From positions 1,488,001 through 1,552,000 of the forward strand of contig JAWMAR010000388.1 of the NCBI GenBank assembly GCA_036785375.1: a stretch of DNA of 64,000 nucleotides. Reading direction: 5' to 3'. A program made the position numbers and the translations under genes. Below the pieces are notes generated by a model, which was given only the letters and a program-made list of their open reading frames with translations, had not been told where the DNA came from and did not search any database. This DNA is from Leucoraja ocellata (Eukaryota). Below are positions 1 to 11,300 of this stretch, one piece after another (positions within the stretch are counted from its first letter, which is position 1; each line of letters starts with the position of its first letter).

Positions 1-345
1 ATTTGAAATATTTCTGTCACAGCCCCGGCTACTTCTACACTAACTTCCCTCAATGTCCTAGGGAATATCCTGTCAGGACCTGGAGACTTATCCATTTTTA
101 CATTTTTCAAAAGTGTCAGTACTTCTTTTACTTTGAACCTCATAGTATCCATAGCTACTCTACTAGTTTCCCTTACCTCACATAATTCAATATCCTTCTC
201 CTTGGTGAATACCGAAGAAAACAAATTGTTCAATATCTCCCCCATCTCTTTTGGCTCTGCAGATAGCTGTCCACTCTGTCTCTCCAATGGACCAATTTTA
301 TCCCTCGTTATCCTTTTGCTATTAATATAGCTGTAGAAACCCTTT
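1..345 (-). mobile_element. CR1-type LINE ORF2 fragment (runs off the window edge)
   Basis: Near-identical to 46431-46775, which lies inside the CR1 RT ORF 45027..47054 (DKSPGPDRIFPRTLREV region). Confidence 0.9.
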
Positions 346-1062
346 GGGGGGTATAGATGCGTTTAGAGTGGTAAGGGTGTCGAAGGGTGTCGAAATCCCT
401 CTAAACACCCTGTAAACCTCTCTAAAACCCTCTAAACATCGGTAAACCCTCTAAACCCCCTGTAAACCCCCATAAGTTACTATAACCCCCTGTAAACCCC
501 CACTAAACCCCGGTAAAACCCATGTAAACCTCCCTAAACCACTGTAAGCCTCTCTCAGCCCTGTTCTAACCTTTCACAACCCCCAGTAAATCTCTCCAAA
601 ACCCTCTAATCACCTATAAACATGTAACCCTATGTAAACCCATCTAAACCCTCTGTAAACCTCTCTAGTACTCTATAAACACATGTGACCACTGTAACCT
701 CTCTAATCCCCTCTAAACACATATAAACCCCTCAAAACCCCATCTAACCTCCTGTAACTCATTTAAAAACCCTCAAAACCTCTGTAAACCCCTTCTAATC
801 CTCTGTAAACATCTTTAAACCCCACCCAAACCACTCTAACCCACTTTAAACCTCTGTAAGCAACTTAATCGAAACCAAACTCCTCTAACCCCCTTGAAAC
901 CACCAAACTGCTCAAAACCTCTCCACACCCTCTAAACCCCTATAACCCCTCCCTGTAAACCTCATGTAAACCGCTCTAAATCCATTTGAACCACTCTAAA
1001 CGCCTATAAACCGCAATAAAGCCCGCTAAACCCCTCTAAACCCATATAAACCCTTCTAAACC

Positions 1063-1940
1063 GGGGGTTAAGATGGGGGGTTAAGATGGCGGCGCTGGCT
1101 TAACAGCTGCGGCCCACCTGCAGTCCGTCTGTTTTTTTTCTTTCATTTTGTTCCTTGTCATGTTTTAGTTAATTTTGTTTTATTAAGTTTATGTGTGTGT
1201 GGGTGGGGTGGGAGAAACATGCTTTGGTCTCTTCCTTCGGGGGATGCGACTTTTCTTCGGTCGTATTCCCCATCCTCGTCTCCGTCTGCGCCGAGGCCTA
1301 ATGGTGGAGGTGGCGGCATCGGAGCTGTAGCGGCGGCAGCAGTGGCGGAGACCCGACTCGGTCCTGGAGCTGTCGCGGCGGCAGCGGCAGCAGCAGCGGT
1401 AGCGGAGACCCGACTCGGCCACAAAGCTGTAGCAGCAGCAGCAGCAGCAGTGGCAGCGGAGACCCGACTCGGCCCTGGAGCTGTCGCGGCGGCAGCGGCA
1501 GCAACAGCAGCGGCGGAGACCCGACTCGGCCCCAAAGCTGTCGCGGCGGTAGCGGCAGCGGAGACCCGACTCGGCCCTGGAGATGTGGCGGAGGTAGCGG
1601 CAGCGGAGACCCGACTCGGTCCTGGAGCTGTGGCGGAGGTAGCGGCAGCGGAGACCCGACTCGGTCCTGGAGCTGTGGCGGAGGCAGCGACCACCCGCGG
1701 AGTTTGAACCGTCGCCTCGGCGCAGAGGGAGAACAAAGAGGGAAGAGACAGAGACTTTAAGATTTTGCCTTCCACCACAATGAGGAGGTGTTTGGTGAAC
1801 TCACTGTGGTGGATGTTAAATTTGTGTTGATTGTGTGTTTTGTCATTTTTAAATTATATGTATGACTGCAGGGAAACAAAAATTTCGTTCAGACCGAAAG
1901 GTCTGAATGACAATACACGAATCTAATCTAATCTAATCTA
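1063..1940 (+). mobile_element. Non-autonomous GC-rich retroposon with internal ~51-bp tandem array, 3' stem-loop and (ATCTA)n tail
   Basis: Head AAGATGGCGGCG..CTGCAGTC; about 7 GAGACCCGACTCGG repeats at 1320-1690; hairpin TTCAGACC-GAAA-GGTCTGAA at 1888-1907; (ATCTA)n tail at 1921-1940. Confidence 0.7.
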
Positions 1941-2795
1941 AACCCCTATGAAGCCTTGTAAACCCATCTAAACCCATCTAAACGCCCCTGTAAGCATCAT
2001 GGAAACCCCCTAAACCGCTGTAACCCCGCGTATACCTCTCTAAACATCTCTAACCCCTGTAAACTCTAAATCCCTCTAAACCACTATAAGCCCCTGTAAA
2101 CCCCCTGTAAATGCATCTGAACCCCTAAACACCTCTAAAACCCTGTTATCTGCTCCAAACCCCTGTGAACCTCTCTAAACCCCTGTGAACCTCTCTTAAC
2201 CCCTCCAAACCTCTCTAACCCCCCTGTAGACCCTGCTAAACCCCTTTAAAGCCCATCTAAACCCCCCTGTAAACCCCTCTAAAACACTCTAAACCCATCT
2301 AAACCCCTGTAAATCCCTCTAACACCCTTGTAAACCCGGTAAACACTTGTAATCCCGGTAAACCCCGCTAAGCCCCAAACTGCTCTAAACCTCTCCAGAC
2401 ACACCCAAACACCATGCAACCCCCCTCTAAACCCCTATAAAGCCACCTAACCCCATATAAACACCCTGTAAACCCCGTGTAACCCCCGGCTAACTACTCT
2501 AGACGCCACTAAACCCGTTAAACCCGCTAAACCCCTCGAAACCGCTGTAAACTTCTGTAAACTCCTGTAAACCGCTCTAAAGCCTCGTAAACCCCTCTAA
2601 ACCCCATCTACTCCCCCTGTAAACCCCATGTGAACCCCCTAAATCCATGTAAACCCCATATAACCCGCCCCTAAAATACTGTAAACCCCTCTAAACCCCC
2701 TGTAAACACCATGTACACCCCCTAAACCCCTGTAAACCCGTCTAAACATCTCTACGCCTGTAAACACCTGAAAACCCCATGTTAACCCCTTTAAA

Positions 2796-3288
2796 CGGTT
2801 CACCAGACTGATTCCTGGGATGTCAGGACTGTCTTATGAAGAAAGACTGGATAGACTTGGTTTATACTCTCTAGAATTTAGAAGATTGAGAGGGGATCTT
2901 ATAGAAACTTACAAAATTCTTAAGGGGTTGGACAGACTAGATGCAGGAAGATTGTTCCCGATGTTAGGGAAGTCCAGGACAAGGGGTCACAGCTTAAGGA
3001 TAAAGGGGAAATCCTTTAAAACCGAGATGAGAAGAACTTTTTTCACGCAGAGAGTAGTGAATCTCTGGAACTCTCTGCCACAGAGGGTAGTTGAGGCCAC
3101 TTCATTGGCTATATTTAAGAGGGAGTTAGATGTGGCCCTTGTGGCTAAGGGGATCAGGGGGTATGGAGAGAAGGCAGGTACGGGATACTGAGTTGGATGA
3201 TCAGCCATGATCATATTGAATGGCGGTGCAGGCTCGAAGGGCCGAATGGCCTACCCCTGCACCTAATTTCTATGTTTCTATGTCTATG
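2796..3288 (+). mobile_element. 5'-truncated CR1 LINE 3' end
   Basis: ORF 2820..3191 matches the CR1 ORF2 C-terminus (LSYEERLDRLGLYSLEFRRLRGDL...[10 protein letters not shown]); (TTTCTATG)n tail. Confidence 0.92.
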
Positions 3289-3419
3289 TAAACACATGCA
3301 AACCCCTCTAAATCCTTTGAAGCCACTCGAAACCTCTCGAAACACGAGTAAACACCTGTAAACACCATGTAAACCCCCCCTAAACCCCTGTAAACCCCTC
3401 TAAAGACGTCTAAATCCGG

Positions 3420-3805
3420 TAGGCGGCGCGGCTCTGGCCAGCAGCGGCCTCTGCAGTCTGTCCGCGTTTTTATTATTTTCTGTCTGTGTTTTAATGTAGT
3501 TTTTGTTATTTTTTGTTGGGGTGTGTGTGTGGGGGGGTGGGGGTGGGGGTGGGGTGGGAGGGGGGGGGGGGGGGACTTTTTAAATCTCTCCCTGCACTGG
3601 AGACCCGACCTTCTCTCGTCGGGTTTCCCTTGTCGTTGAGGCCGCAACGAGGAGCGGCCTCCAACAGGGGGAAGCCGGGGACTCAGGTGCTACTCACCGT
3701 CGCCGTCGCGGGGCTGGCCGAGTCCGGAGCGGTTGGAGCGGGTGGAGGAGCGCTGCTGCTGCTGCTGCCGCTGCTTCTGCTGAGTCGGAGGCTGCTGCTG
3801 CGGAC
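3420..3805 (+). mobile_element. 5' part of a second GC-rich non-autonomous retroposon related to 1063-1940
   Basis: Same head (GGCGGCGC..CTGCAGTC), T-rich then G-rich tract, GAGACCCGAC motif and CTG repeats. Confidence 0.6.
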
Positions 3806-3915
3806 CCCCTGTAAATCCCTCTAAACCCATGTAAACCACACTAAACCCCTCTCCACCTGTAAACACCTGTAAACCCCTATAAAGCTCTCTAAAACCCTCT
3901 AAACATGTGTAAATC

Positions 3916-4218
3916 TGTTGGCAGAGGTGCATTGTGCAGCGATTCTTGCAGCCTACCCAGTGCTAGACCAAAGATAATTCAGAGCAGTAAAAAACACAGT
4001 GGGGCATCCATCTTGTTCAAACTGGAAGAGAAACTTTATTTACACACTTGCTCACACATCAATTACAGTACCTCTCATTGGCTGTTATCATTGTCAGTTA
4101 CTATTGGCTGCTATCATTGTCAGTCATTCACCACCTGCACCAAGATATTCTTGAGTAACAATACAACATTAAGATTAACTTCTTTACAATTGAGAGCATA
4201 TTTTCATATATGTCAACA
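3916..4218 (-). repeat. Copia 3' LTR
   Basis: TGTTG...CAACA termini; matches 7638-7940; next to the PPT (AGCAAGTGGGGG on minus). Confidence 0.97.
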
Positions 4219-4308
4219 CCCCCACTTGCTCTCGCATTGTTAGCTTAACTAAAAATAAAACATCCTAAGGTTTTCTACCTTACATCATGTAGACTTTTAC
4301 ATACATGG

Positions 4309-7300
4309 TTACTCTCCAAACATAAACTTTGCAAACTCCATCAACTTAAATTTTTGTTGCAGGTTTTGTCATCACATCTGCTACCATCTGGTCTGTTGGA
4401 CAATACTCCAAACTTATTTTGCCATGATTCACAGTGGACCTCACAAAGTGATATTTTATGTCCACATGCTTACACCTCTGTCTACTTACAGGATTCTTTG
4501 CTAACGCAATTGTACCCTGGTTATCCTCATAAACCTTGGGTGTTGGGTACTGATGTCCATCAATACCTTCTAGTAATTGTACTAGGTACATACACTCTTG
4601 TAGTGTTGCGGCTAACGCCATATACTCAGCCTCACAAGTTGACAGTGCAACGGTGGGCTGCTTTTTGGTTTTCCATGAAATCTCGCAATCTATTGGTGCA
4701 TGTAGGTAGGCAGTTTTGACATCCATCTGATGTAAAATCAGGTTTTCCTGTGCTGCTTTTTGCATCATCACTCTGATACTGGTCAGGTTAGCAGTAGGAG
4801 AAAATGTCTCCTCATAGTCTACACCCAATATTTGACTGTATCCTTTGGCTACATGCCGTGCCTTGTATTTATCAGATCCATCCTCATCGTTCTTGATTGC
4901 ATATACCCATCTACCCCCCACTGCTTTCTTACCCTCAGGCAAGTTGGTTAGGGTAAATGTGTCATTTTCTCTCAGCGACTGCATTTCCTCATGCATTGCG
5001 TTAACCCATTCCTTTGAGTTAGTTGAGGTTACAGCTTCCCTGAATGTTAGGGGGATGTTACACATCAATCTGTAGCAATAATCTATGTTAATCATTACAT
5101 GATCATCACTCGCCTTGCCAGTTACATATTCACTTAAGTAACCTGGTTTCTTCCTCAATCTAGAAGGGTAACGTGCAGGCTCATGCTTGGTTTCACCTGG
5201 CTGTGCTTGGCTATTCACCTCAGGCCCAGTTACTGGATCTTGGCCCTGAGTATGTCCTGGACTCTCATCAGTATTTTTTCTCATCCTACTGGCCCTATTC
5301 TGCACCTCAAAGTCATCGTCACTGGGGGTCATGTCAGTCTGTGTCTGCCTCTCTACAATTGTTTTGGTCACAAACTTCACCAGTCTGTGCTTCTTTACTT
5401 TCCCATTGTCAGGATAGTAAACCATGTAAGCTGGGCTATTCTTGTCGTACCCGACAAAGATTCCCTTCTCACACTTTGAGTCCAGTTTTCTCTTGTCCTG
5501 TTTATAGGCATAACACTCAGACCCAAATTTTTGCATCCTAGACAGGTTGGGCCGTTTTCTTGTCAGCATCAAGTAAGGCGTCTGCTTTGTGCGCTTGTTA
5601 AAGCATCTGTTCCTCACTACAGCTGCTGTCTGCACTGCATAGGTCCAAAACTGTTTAGGTAACTCACTCTCTATTAGCATACACCTGGCCATGTCAAACA
5701 GGGTGCGCCAATTTCGCTCAGCAGTACCATTCTGGTGTGAGTATGGCGCTGAGGTCTCATGTCTAATGCAATTTCTGCTGAGTAGTGCCTGGTAATTCTT
5801 TCCCATGAATTCAGTACCATTGTCAGACCTCATACATTTAATCTTCCCGTATGGGGCTGTGTCAGCAAGAAACCTCTCGGTGGCTTGCACTGTGTCACTC
5901 TTATTCTTTAGAAAGTACACAAACACTGCACTGGAATAATCATCAGTGAATGATAGCGCATACCTGTACCCCTCTCTGGACTCTGGGTCTATCGGTCCTG
6001 CTAAATCTGTGTGTACCAACTTCAAAGCTGCTTTGGCTCTTACATCAGGGTCCCTGTTCCTAGTTTGGATAAACTTTCCCTGAGTACACACTTCACAGTG
6101 TAGAGCAGGTTTGTCTGTTTTGCCCTTAATTGCCATACCTTCAACAACATTTGGTAATTTTTGAATATCTTCATAATTACAGTGCCCTAGAATCTCATGC
6201 CATGTCTGCATATCATAACTGCTCTTACATTGGTCATCACATTCAACGTTTACCGTGTGCAAATAGTACAGTCTGTTGTACTCATGAATGTGGAATTTTG
6301 TACCGTCCTTGTGTTGTAGGACGTCTTCCCCGTCCCTGAAGATTACGGTTGCTCCGCTGGAAGTAGCTGCTTTTACAGAGAAGATGTCCTGCGGGTATGA
6401 GGGGATGTACAATGCCTGCCTCAGTGTTGTGTTGTGGCGGCGCCCTTGGCTGTCGACCAAGCAAACCTCCGCGTCTCCTCTGCGCTCCGCGACTCCATCA
6501 CACCTTGTTCCGTCAGCCAACTCCACGCAGTGTGTCTCAGACTGGAACATATCGTCGAACTTCTTGAACCTTGCTATATCAGTGATGATATGCGAAGTTG
6601 CCCCCGTATCGACCATCAGCCCTTTCAACTCGACTCCACGCTCTGACTGGATCTTCGCGTCCCTTTCACTCACCAGGAATGCATATTCCTTGTTGTTAGT
6701 CTCCCCGGAAACTTGTCGTGCGTCGTCCCGCCGCTGTTTCCGTCTGCAGGTTGCGTCCCGATGTGTGGTGCTTTTACAGTGACTACACCACTGCTTGCGT
6801 TGACATGCTCTGGCTTTATGTCCTTTTAGGCCACACCTGAAGCACACAATGTCTGCTCTCTCCGCACTTGTCGTGTCGGGTCTCACACTCGGTTGCACAC
6901 GTGCCTTCATGACATTGTCTTCGGATGCTGCTGCACGCATCTTTTCCGTGTCTTCATAGCTCCGTAATTTAGTTTTAAATTCGGCAAAAGGCATTGCCTG
7001 CTCACTTTGCGTGACATGGATAGCAAATGGTTTGAAAGATTCAGGCAGTCCCTTCAGAATCATTGCAATTAACAGTCCGTCACTCAATACCTCACCAGCA
7101 TTTCTCAATGCTGTGATGGCTGTCTCTGCCCTTATAACATATTCAGTTACACTCTCGCTGCTCAACTTTTGAAGTGAAGTCAGTTCTGTATACAGACTTA
7201 TTACACGTGGCTTTCCCTTACCCGCATAATAATCTCTCAAAATAGTTAGCGCTTTCCGCCCATCGTCTGCTGCTTCTCGCATTACCAGCGACAAACTCTT

Positions 7301-7515
7301 GTCATCCAGAAACTGGATTAGCTCAGCATATGCCTCTGCATTTTTGGCCTCGTCTCCTTCTTCATTGTCGGTAGGCTCTTCCAAGATAAATCCTTTAGCC
7401 CTTGCAACCGAAGATGGCCCAAGAATTTTGTCTCCCACAGCTCATAGTTCTTTTCATCTCCGTCAAAAACTAGCCGAGACCAGCGGCTACTCGACTGGGT
7501 GCTCCGTCTACTCAT
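4309..7515 (-). pseudogene. Copia gag-pol polyprotein, defective (frameshifts near 7390 and 4352, RT core deleted near 4680)
   Basis: ORF 7318..7515 ([12 protein letters not shown] gag N-terminus) plus ORF 4346..7438: CCHC knuckle [14 protein letters not shown], protease DTGA, GAG-pre-integrase WHEILGH, integrase [24 protein letters not shown], RNase H EAEY/DNQG/ADVMTK. YVDD is absent. Confidence 0.92.
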
Positions 7516-7623
7516 GGTGCTAGCTTAGCAAGTTAACTCTCACCGGACATTTCTCTCGGTGGTAAATCCCTGGGTAACTGTCTCTGGGTACCTCTGGGTA
7601 ACTCTAGGTAAAGCTGGGTAAAG

Positions 7624-7637
7624 CTGGGCCCATAACC
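7624..7637 (-). promoter_or_regulatory. Primer-binding site GGTTATGGGCCCAG (internal/half tRNA-iMet type)
   Basis: Directly abuts the 5' LTR; matches the PBS type known from Drosophila copia. Confidence 0.88.
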
Positions 7638-7940
7638 TGTTGGCAGAGGTGCATTGTGCAGCGATTCTTGCAGCCTACCCAGTGCTAGACCAAAGATAAT
7701 TCAGAGCAGTAAATAACACAGTGGGGCATCCATCTTGTTCAAACTGGAAGAGAAACTTTATTTACACACTTGCTCACACATCAATTACAGTACCTCTCAT
7801 TGGCTGTTATCATTGTCAGTTACTATTGGCTGCTATCATTGTCAGTCATTCACCACCTGCACCAAGATATTCTTGAGTAACAATACAACATTAAGATTAA
7901 CTTCTTTACAATTGAGAGCATATTTTCATATATGTCAACA
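7638..7940 (-). repeat. Copia 5' LTR
   Basis: 303 bp, TG...CA, followed by the AAATC TSD. Confidence 0.97.
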
Positions 7941-8072
7941 AAATCCCTCGAAACCTCTGTAAAGTCTACTAAACAGCTGTAAACATCTCTAAACCCCTCT
8001 AAACCTTTTAAACCGCTCTAAACCACTCTAAACCTCTCTAAATACCTGTAAACACATGTAAAACCCTCTAAA

Positions 8073-8338
8073 CATAGAAACATAGAAATTAGGTGCAGGA
8101 GTAGGCCATTCGGCCCTTCGAGCCTGCACCGCCATTCAATATGATCATAGCTGATCATCCAACTCAGTATCCCGTACCTGCCTTCTCTCCATACCCCCTG
8201 ATCCCCTTAGCCACAAGGGCCACATCTAACTCCCTCTTAAATATAGCCAATGAACTGGCCTCAACTACCCTCTGTGGCAGAGAGTTCCAGAGATTCACCA
8301 CTCTCTGTGTGAAAAAAGTTCTTCTCGTCTCGGTTTTA
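8073..8338 (-). mobile_element. Short CR1 3' end
   Basis: Reverse complement of ~3015-3280, including the CATAGAAA tail. Confidence 0.9.
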
Positions 8339-11300
8339 ACCACTCTAAACCTCTCTAAATACCTCTAAACCCATCTAAAACCCTCCGAACCACTTTAACC
8401 ACCTCTAAACCCCTCTAACCACCTCTAAACCTCCCCAGACACCTACACACTCCTGCAAACCCCCTCTAAATATCTCCAACACCTTCAAAGGCCCTCCAAA
8501 CCACCATAAACGCCCCTATAAACACCCTGTAAACCCCATGAAAACCCTTCCAAACCCCTCTAAATCCATCTAAACCCTCCTGTAAACACCATGTAAACCC
8601 CCTTAATCACCTGTAAACCCCACTAAACCCCGATAAAACCCATGTAAACCTCCCTAAACCCCTGTAAACCCCATAAACCCCTGTAAACCTTTCTAATCCT
8701 CTGTAAACATCATTAAAACCCACAAAATCCCTCTAACCCCCTCTAAACCACCAAACCGCTCTAAACCTCACCAGACCCCTCAAACCGCCCAACACCCCTC
8801 TAAACCCCTATAACCCCTCCCTGTAAACCTCATGTAAACCCTTCTAAATCCGTGAACCACTCTAAACGCCTATAAACCGCAATAAAGCCCGCTAAACCCC
8901 TCTAAACCCATATAAACCCCTCTAAACCACTCTAAACCACTATAAAGCATTGTAACTCCTTCTAAATCCCCTAAACCCCTGTAAACCTCTCTAAAATCCT
9001 CTAAACCCCTGTAAACCATTATAAACGCATGTAAACCTCTCTAAACATCTCTAAACCTCTGTAAACATCTCGAAATCCCTCTAAACCACTATAAGCCCCT
9101 GTAAACCCCCTGTAAATGCATCTGAACCCCCTCTAAACACCTTTAAAACCCTGATAACCGCTCTAACCCCCTGTGAACCTCTCTAACCCCCACTAAACAT
9201 CTCTAATCCCCTCCGATCCCCTCCAAACCGCCCATCCAAACACCACTAAACCACATGTTAACCCGTCTAAAACCCTGTAAACCCCTCTCAACCTCTCTAA
9301 ACCCCTATAAAGCCATCTAAACCCCCCAAAACCCAGTAAACCCCTGTGAACACCTATAAACCCATATACAGCCCTCTAAACCCCTCTAAACCCCCCTGCA
9401 AACCCATGTAGACCCCCCCAAACCCCCGTAAACCCCATCTAAACCCCCTGTAAACCTCTCTAAAACACTCTGAAGCCGTTGAAACCCCTTTAAGCCTCTC
9501 TAAACCCATCTAAACCCCTGTAAATCCCCCTAAACACCTCTAAACACTTGTAATCCCCGGTAAACCCCGCAACGCCCCAATAAACGCCTGTAAACCCCAT
9601 GTTAACCCATGTACATCTCTCTAAAACCCTTTAAACACATGCAAAACCGTCTAAACCCCTCGAAGCCACTCGAAACACCTGTAAACACCTGTAAACTCCA
9701 TGTAAATACCCCCCCCCCCAAACCCCTGTAAACCCCTCTAAACAGGTCTAAACAGGGATTTACAGGTAAATCCCTATAAATCGATGTAAATCCCTCTAAA
9801 CCCCTCCAAACCCCTATAAGGCCATCTAACCCCCTATAAACCCCATGTAAACCCATCTAAATCCCGGTTAACTACTCTAGACGCCACTAAACCCGCTAAA
9901 CCCCTCGAAACCCCTGTAAACTCCAGTAAACCGCTATGAAGCCCTGTAAACCCCTGTAAACCCATCTACACCGCCCCTGCAAACCTCATGTAAACCCCCC
10001 TAAACCGCTCTAAACCCATGTAAGCCTCTAAACCCCTGTAAACCTCTCTAATACTCTCTCAATACCTGTAAACACCTGTAAACCCCTTGTAAACCCCTCT
10101 AAACACCTCTGAACCCCCCCCTGTAAACACCATGTACACTCCCCTAAACCCCTGTAAACCGCATGTTAACCCATTTAAACCCATGTACACTTCTCTAAAA
10201 CCCTCTAAACACATGCAAACCCCTCTAAACCCCTTGAACCCACTTGAAACCTCTCAAAACACCAGTAAACACAGGTAAACCCCCCCTAAACCCCGGTAAA
10301 CCCCGCTAAACCCCAGTAAACGCCGGTAAACCACTGTAAACCCCTCTACATCCCTGTAAAGTCATCTAAACCTCTTTAAAACTCTCTAAACCCCTGTAAA
10401 CCACTATGAACCTCTCTACACCTGTAAACACCTGTAAACACCTGTAAACCCCTATAAACATTTCTAAAACCCTCTAAACATGCGTAAACCCCTCTAAACC
10501 CCTGTAAAGCCTACTAAACACCTGTAAGCATCTCTAAAACCCTCTAAGCCGCTCTAAACCACTCTCCTGTAAACACCTGCAAATCCCTCAAAACCCCTCT
10601 AAACCTCTCCAGACACCTCCAAACCCCTGCAAATCCCCTCCAAATCTCTCCAAACTACTCTAAACCTCTCCAGACACCTCCAAACCCCTGCAAACCCCCT
10701 CTAAATCCCTCCAAACCCGCCCCCCAAAGCCAACCAAACACATATAAAGCCATCTAACCCCCCTATAACACCCTGTAAACCCCATGTAAACCAATCTAAA
10801 CCGCGGTTAATTACTCTAGACACCTCTAAACCCCTATAAAGCCCACTGAACCCCTTAAAACCCCTGTAAACACCATGTAAACCCCCAAAACCACTGGAAA
10901 CTCCTCTCAACCCTTGTAAACCTGTGTTAATCTCTCTAAAACCGTCTACACATCTATAAACACGTGTAACCCCTATGTAAACCCCTCTAAACCCCCTGTA
11001 AACCCCCTGTAAACCTCTCTAAAACACCCTAAACGCCTGTAAACACTATAAACGTCTGTAAACCCCTCTAATCCCCTCTAAACACATATAAAACCCACTA
11101 AACCCCTCAAACCCCATCTAACCCCCCTCCCAAACCTCGTAAACCCCTCTAAACCCCTGTAAACCTCTCTAAACAACTATAAACCCCTCTAAACCCCCTA
11201 AAAACCCATCAAAACAGCTGTAAACACGTAAACCCTTCTAAACCCCTGTAAATCCCTCTGAACCCCCGCCAAATACCTCTAAACACTTGTAAACCCCGTT

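Larger units (their letters stand above)
3916..7940 (-). mobile_element. Ty1/Copia LTR retrotransposon, recent, internally deleted
   Basis: Two 303-bp TG...CA LTRs (3916-4218, 7638-7940) with one visible mismatch; AAATC TSD (3911-3915, 7941-7945); PBS 7624-7637; PPT 4219-4230; gag-PR-IN-RT-RH order. Confidence 0.97.

Noticed and set aside
1320-1690. CRISPR-like repeat-spacer look of the GAGACCCGACTCGG units
   Set aside because: The intervening sequences are related GCA/GCG repeats rather than unique spacers; the context is eukaryotic and there are no cas genes.
1158-1778. Ala-rich repeat ORFs on both strands (antifreeze- or mucin-like appearance)
   Set aside because: They are translations of a GC-rich ~51-bp tandem array inside a retroposon; frames stay open because the repeat lacks stops.
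1055-1944. TCTAAACC as a target-site duplication
   Set aside because: The same 8-mer already occurs twice at the corresponding empty site in the duplicated satellite block (~8921-8938), so it is uninformative.
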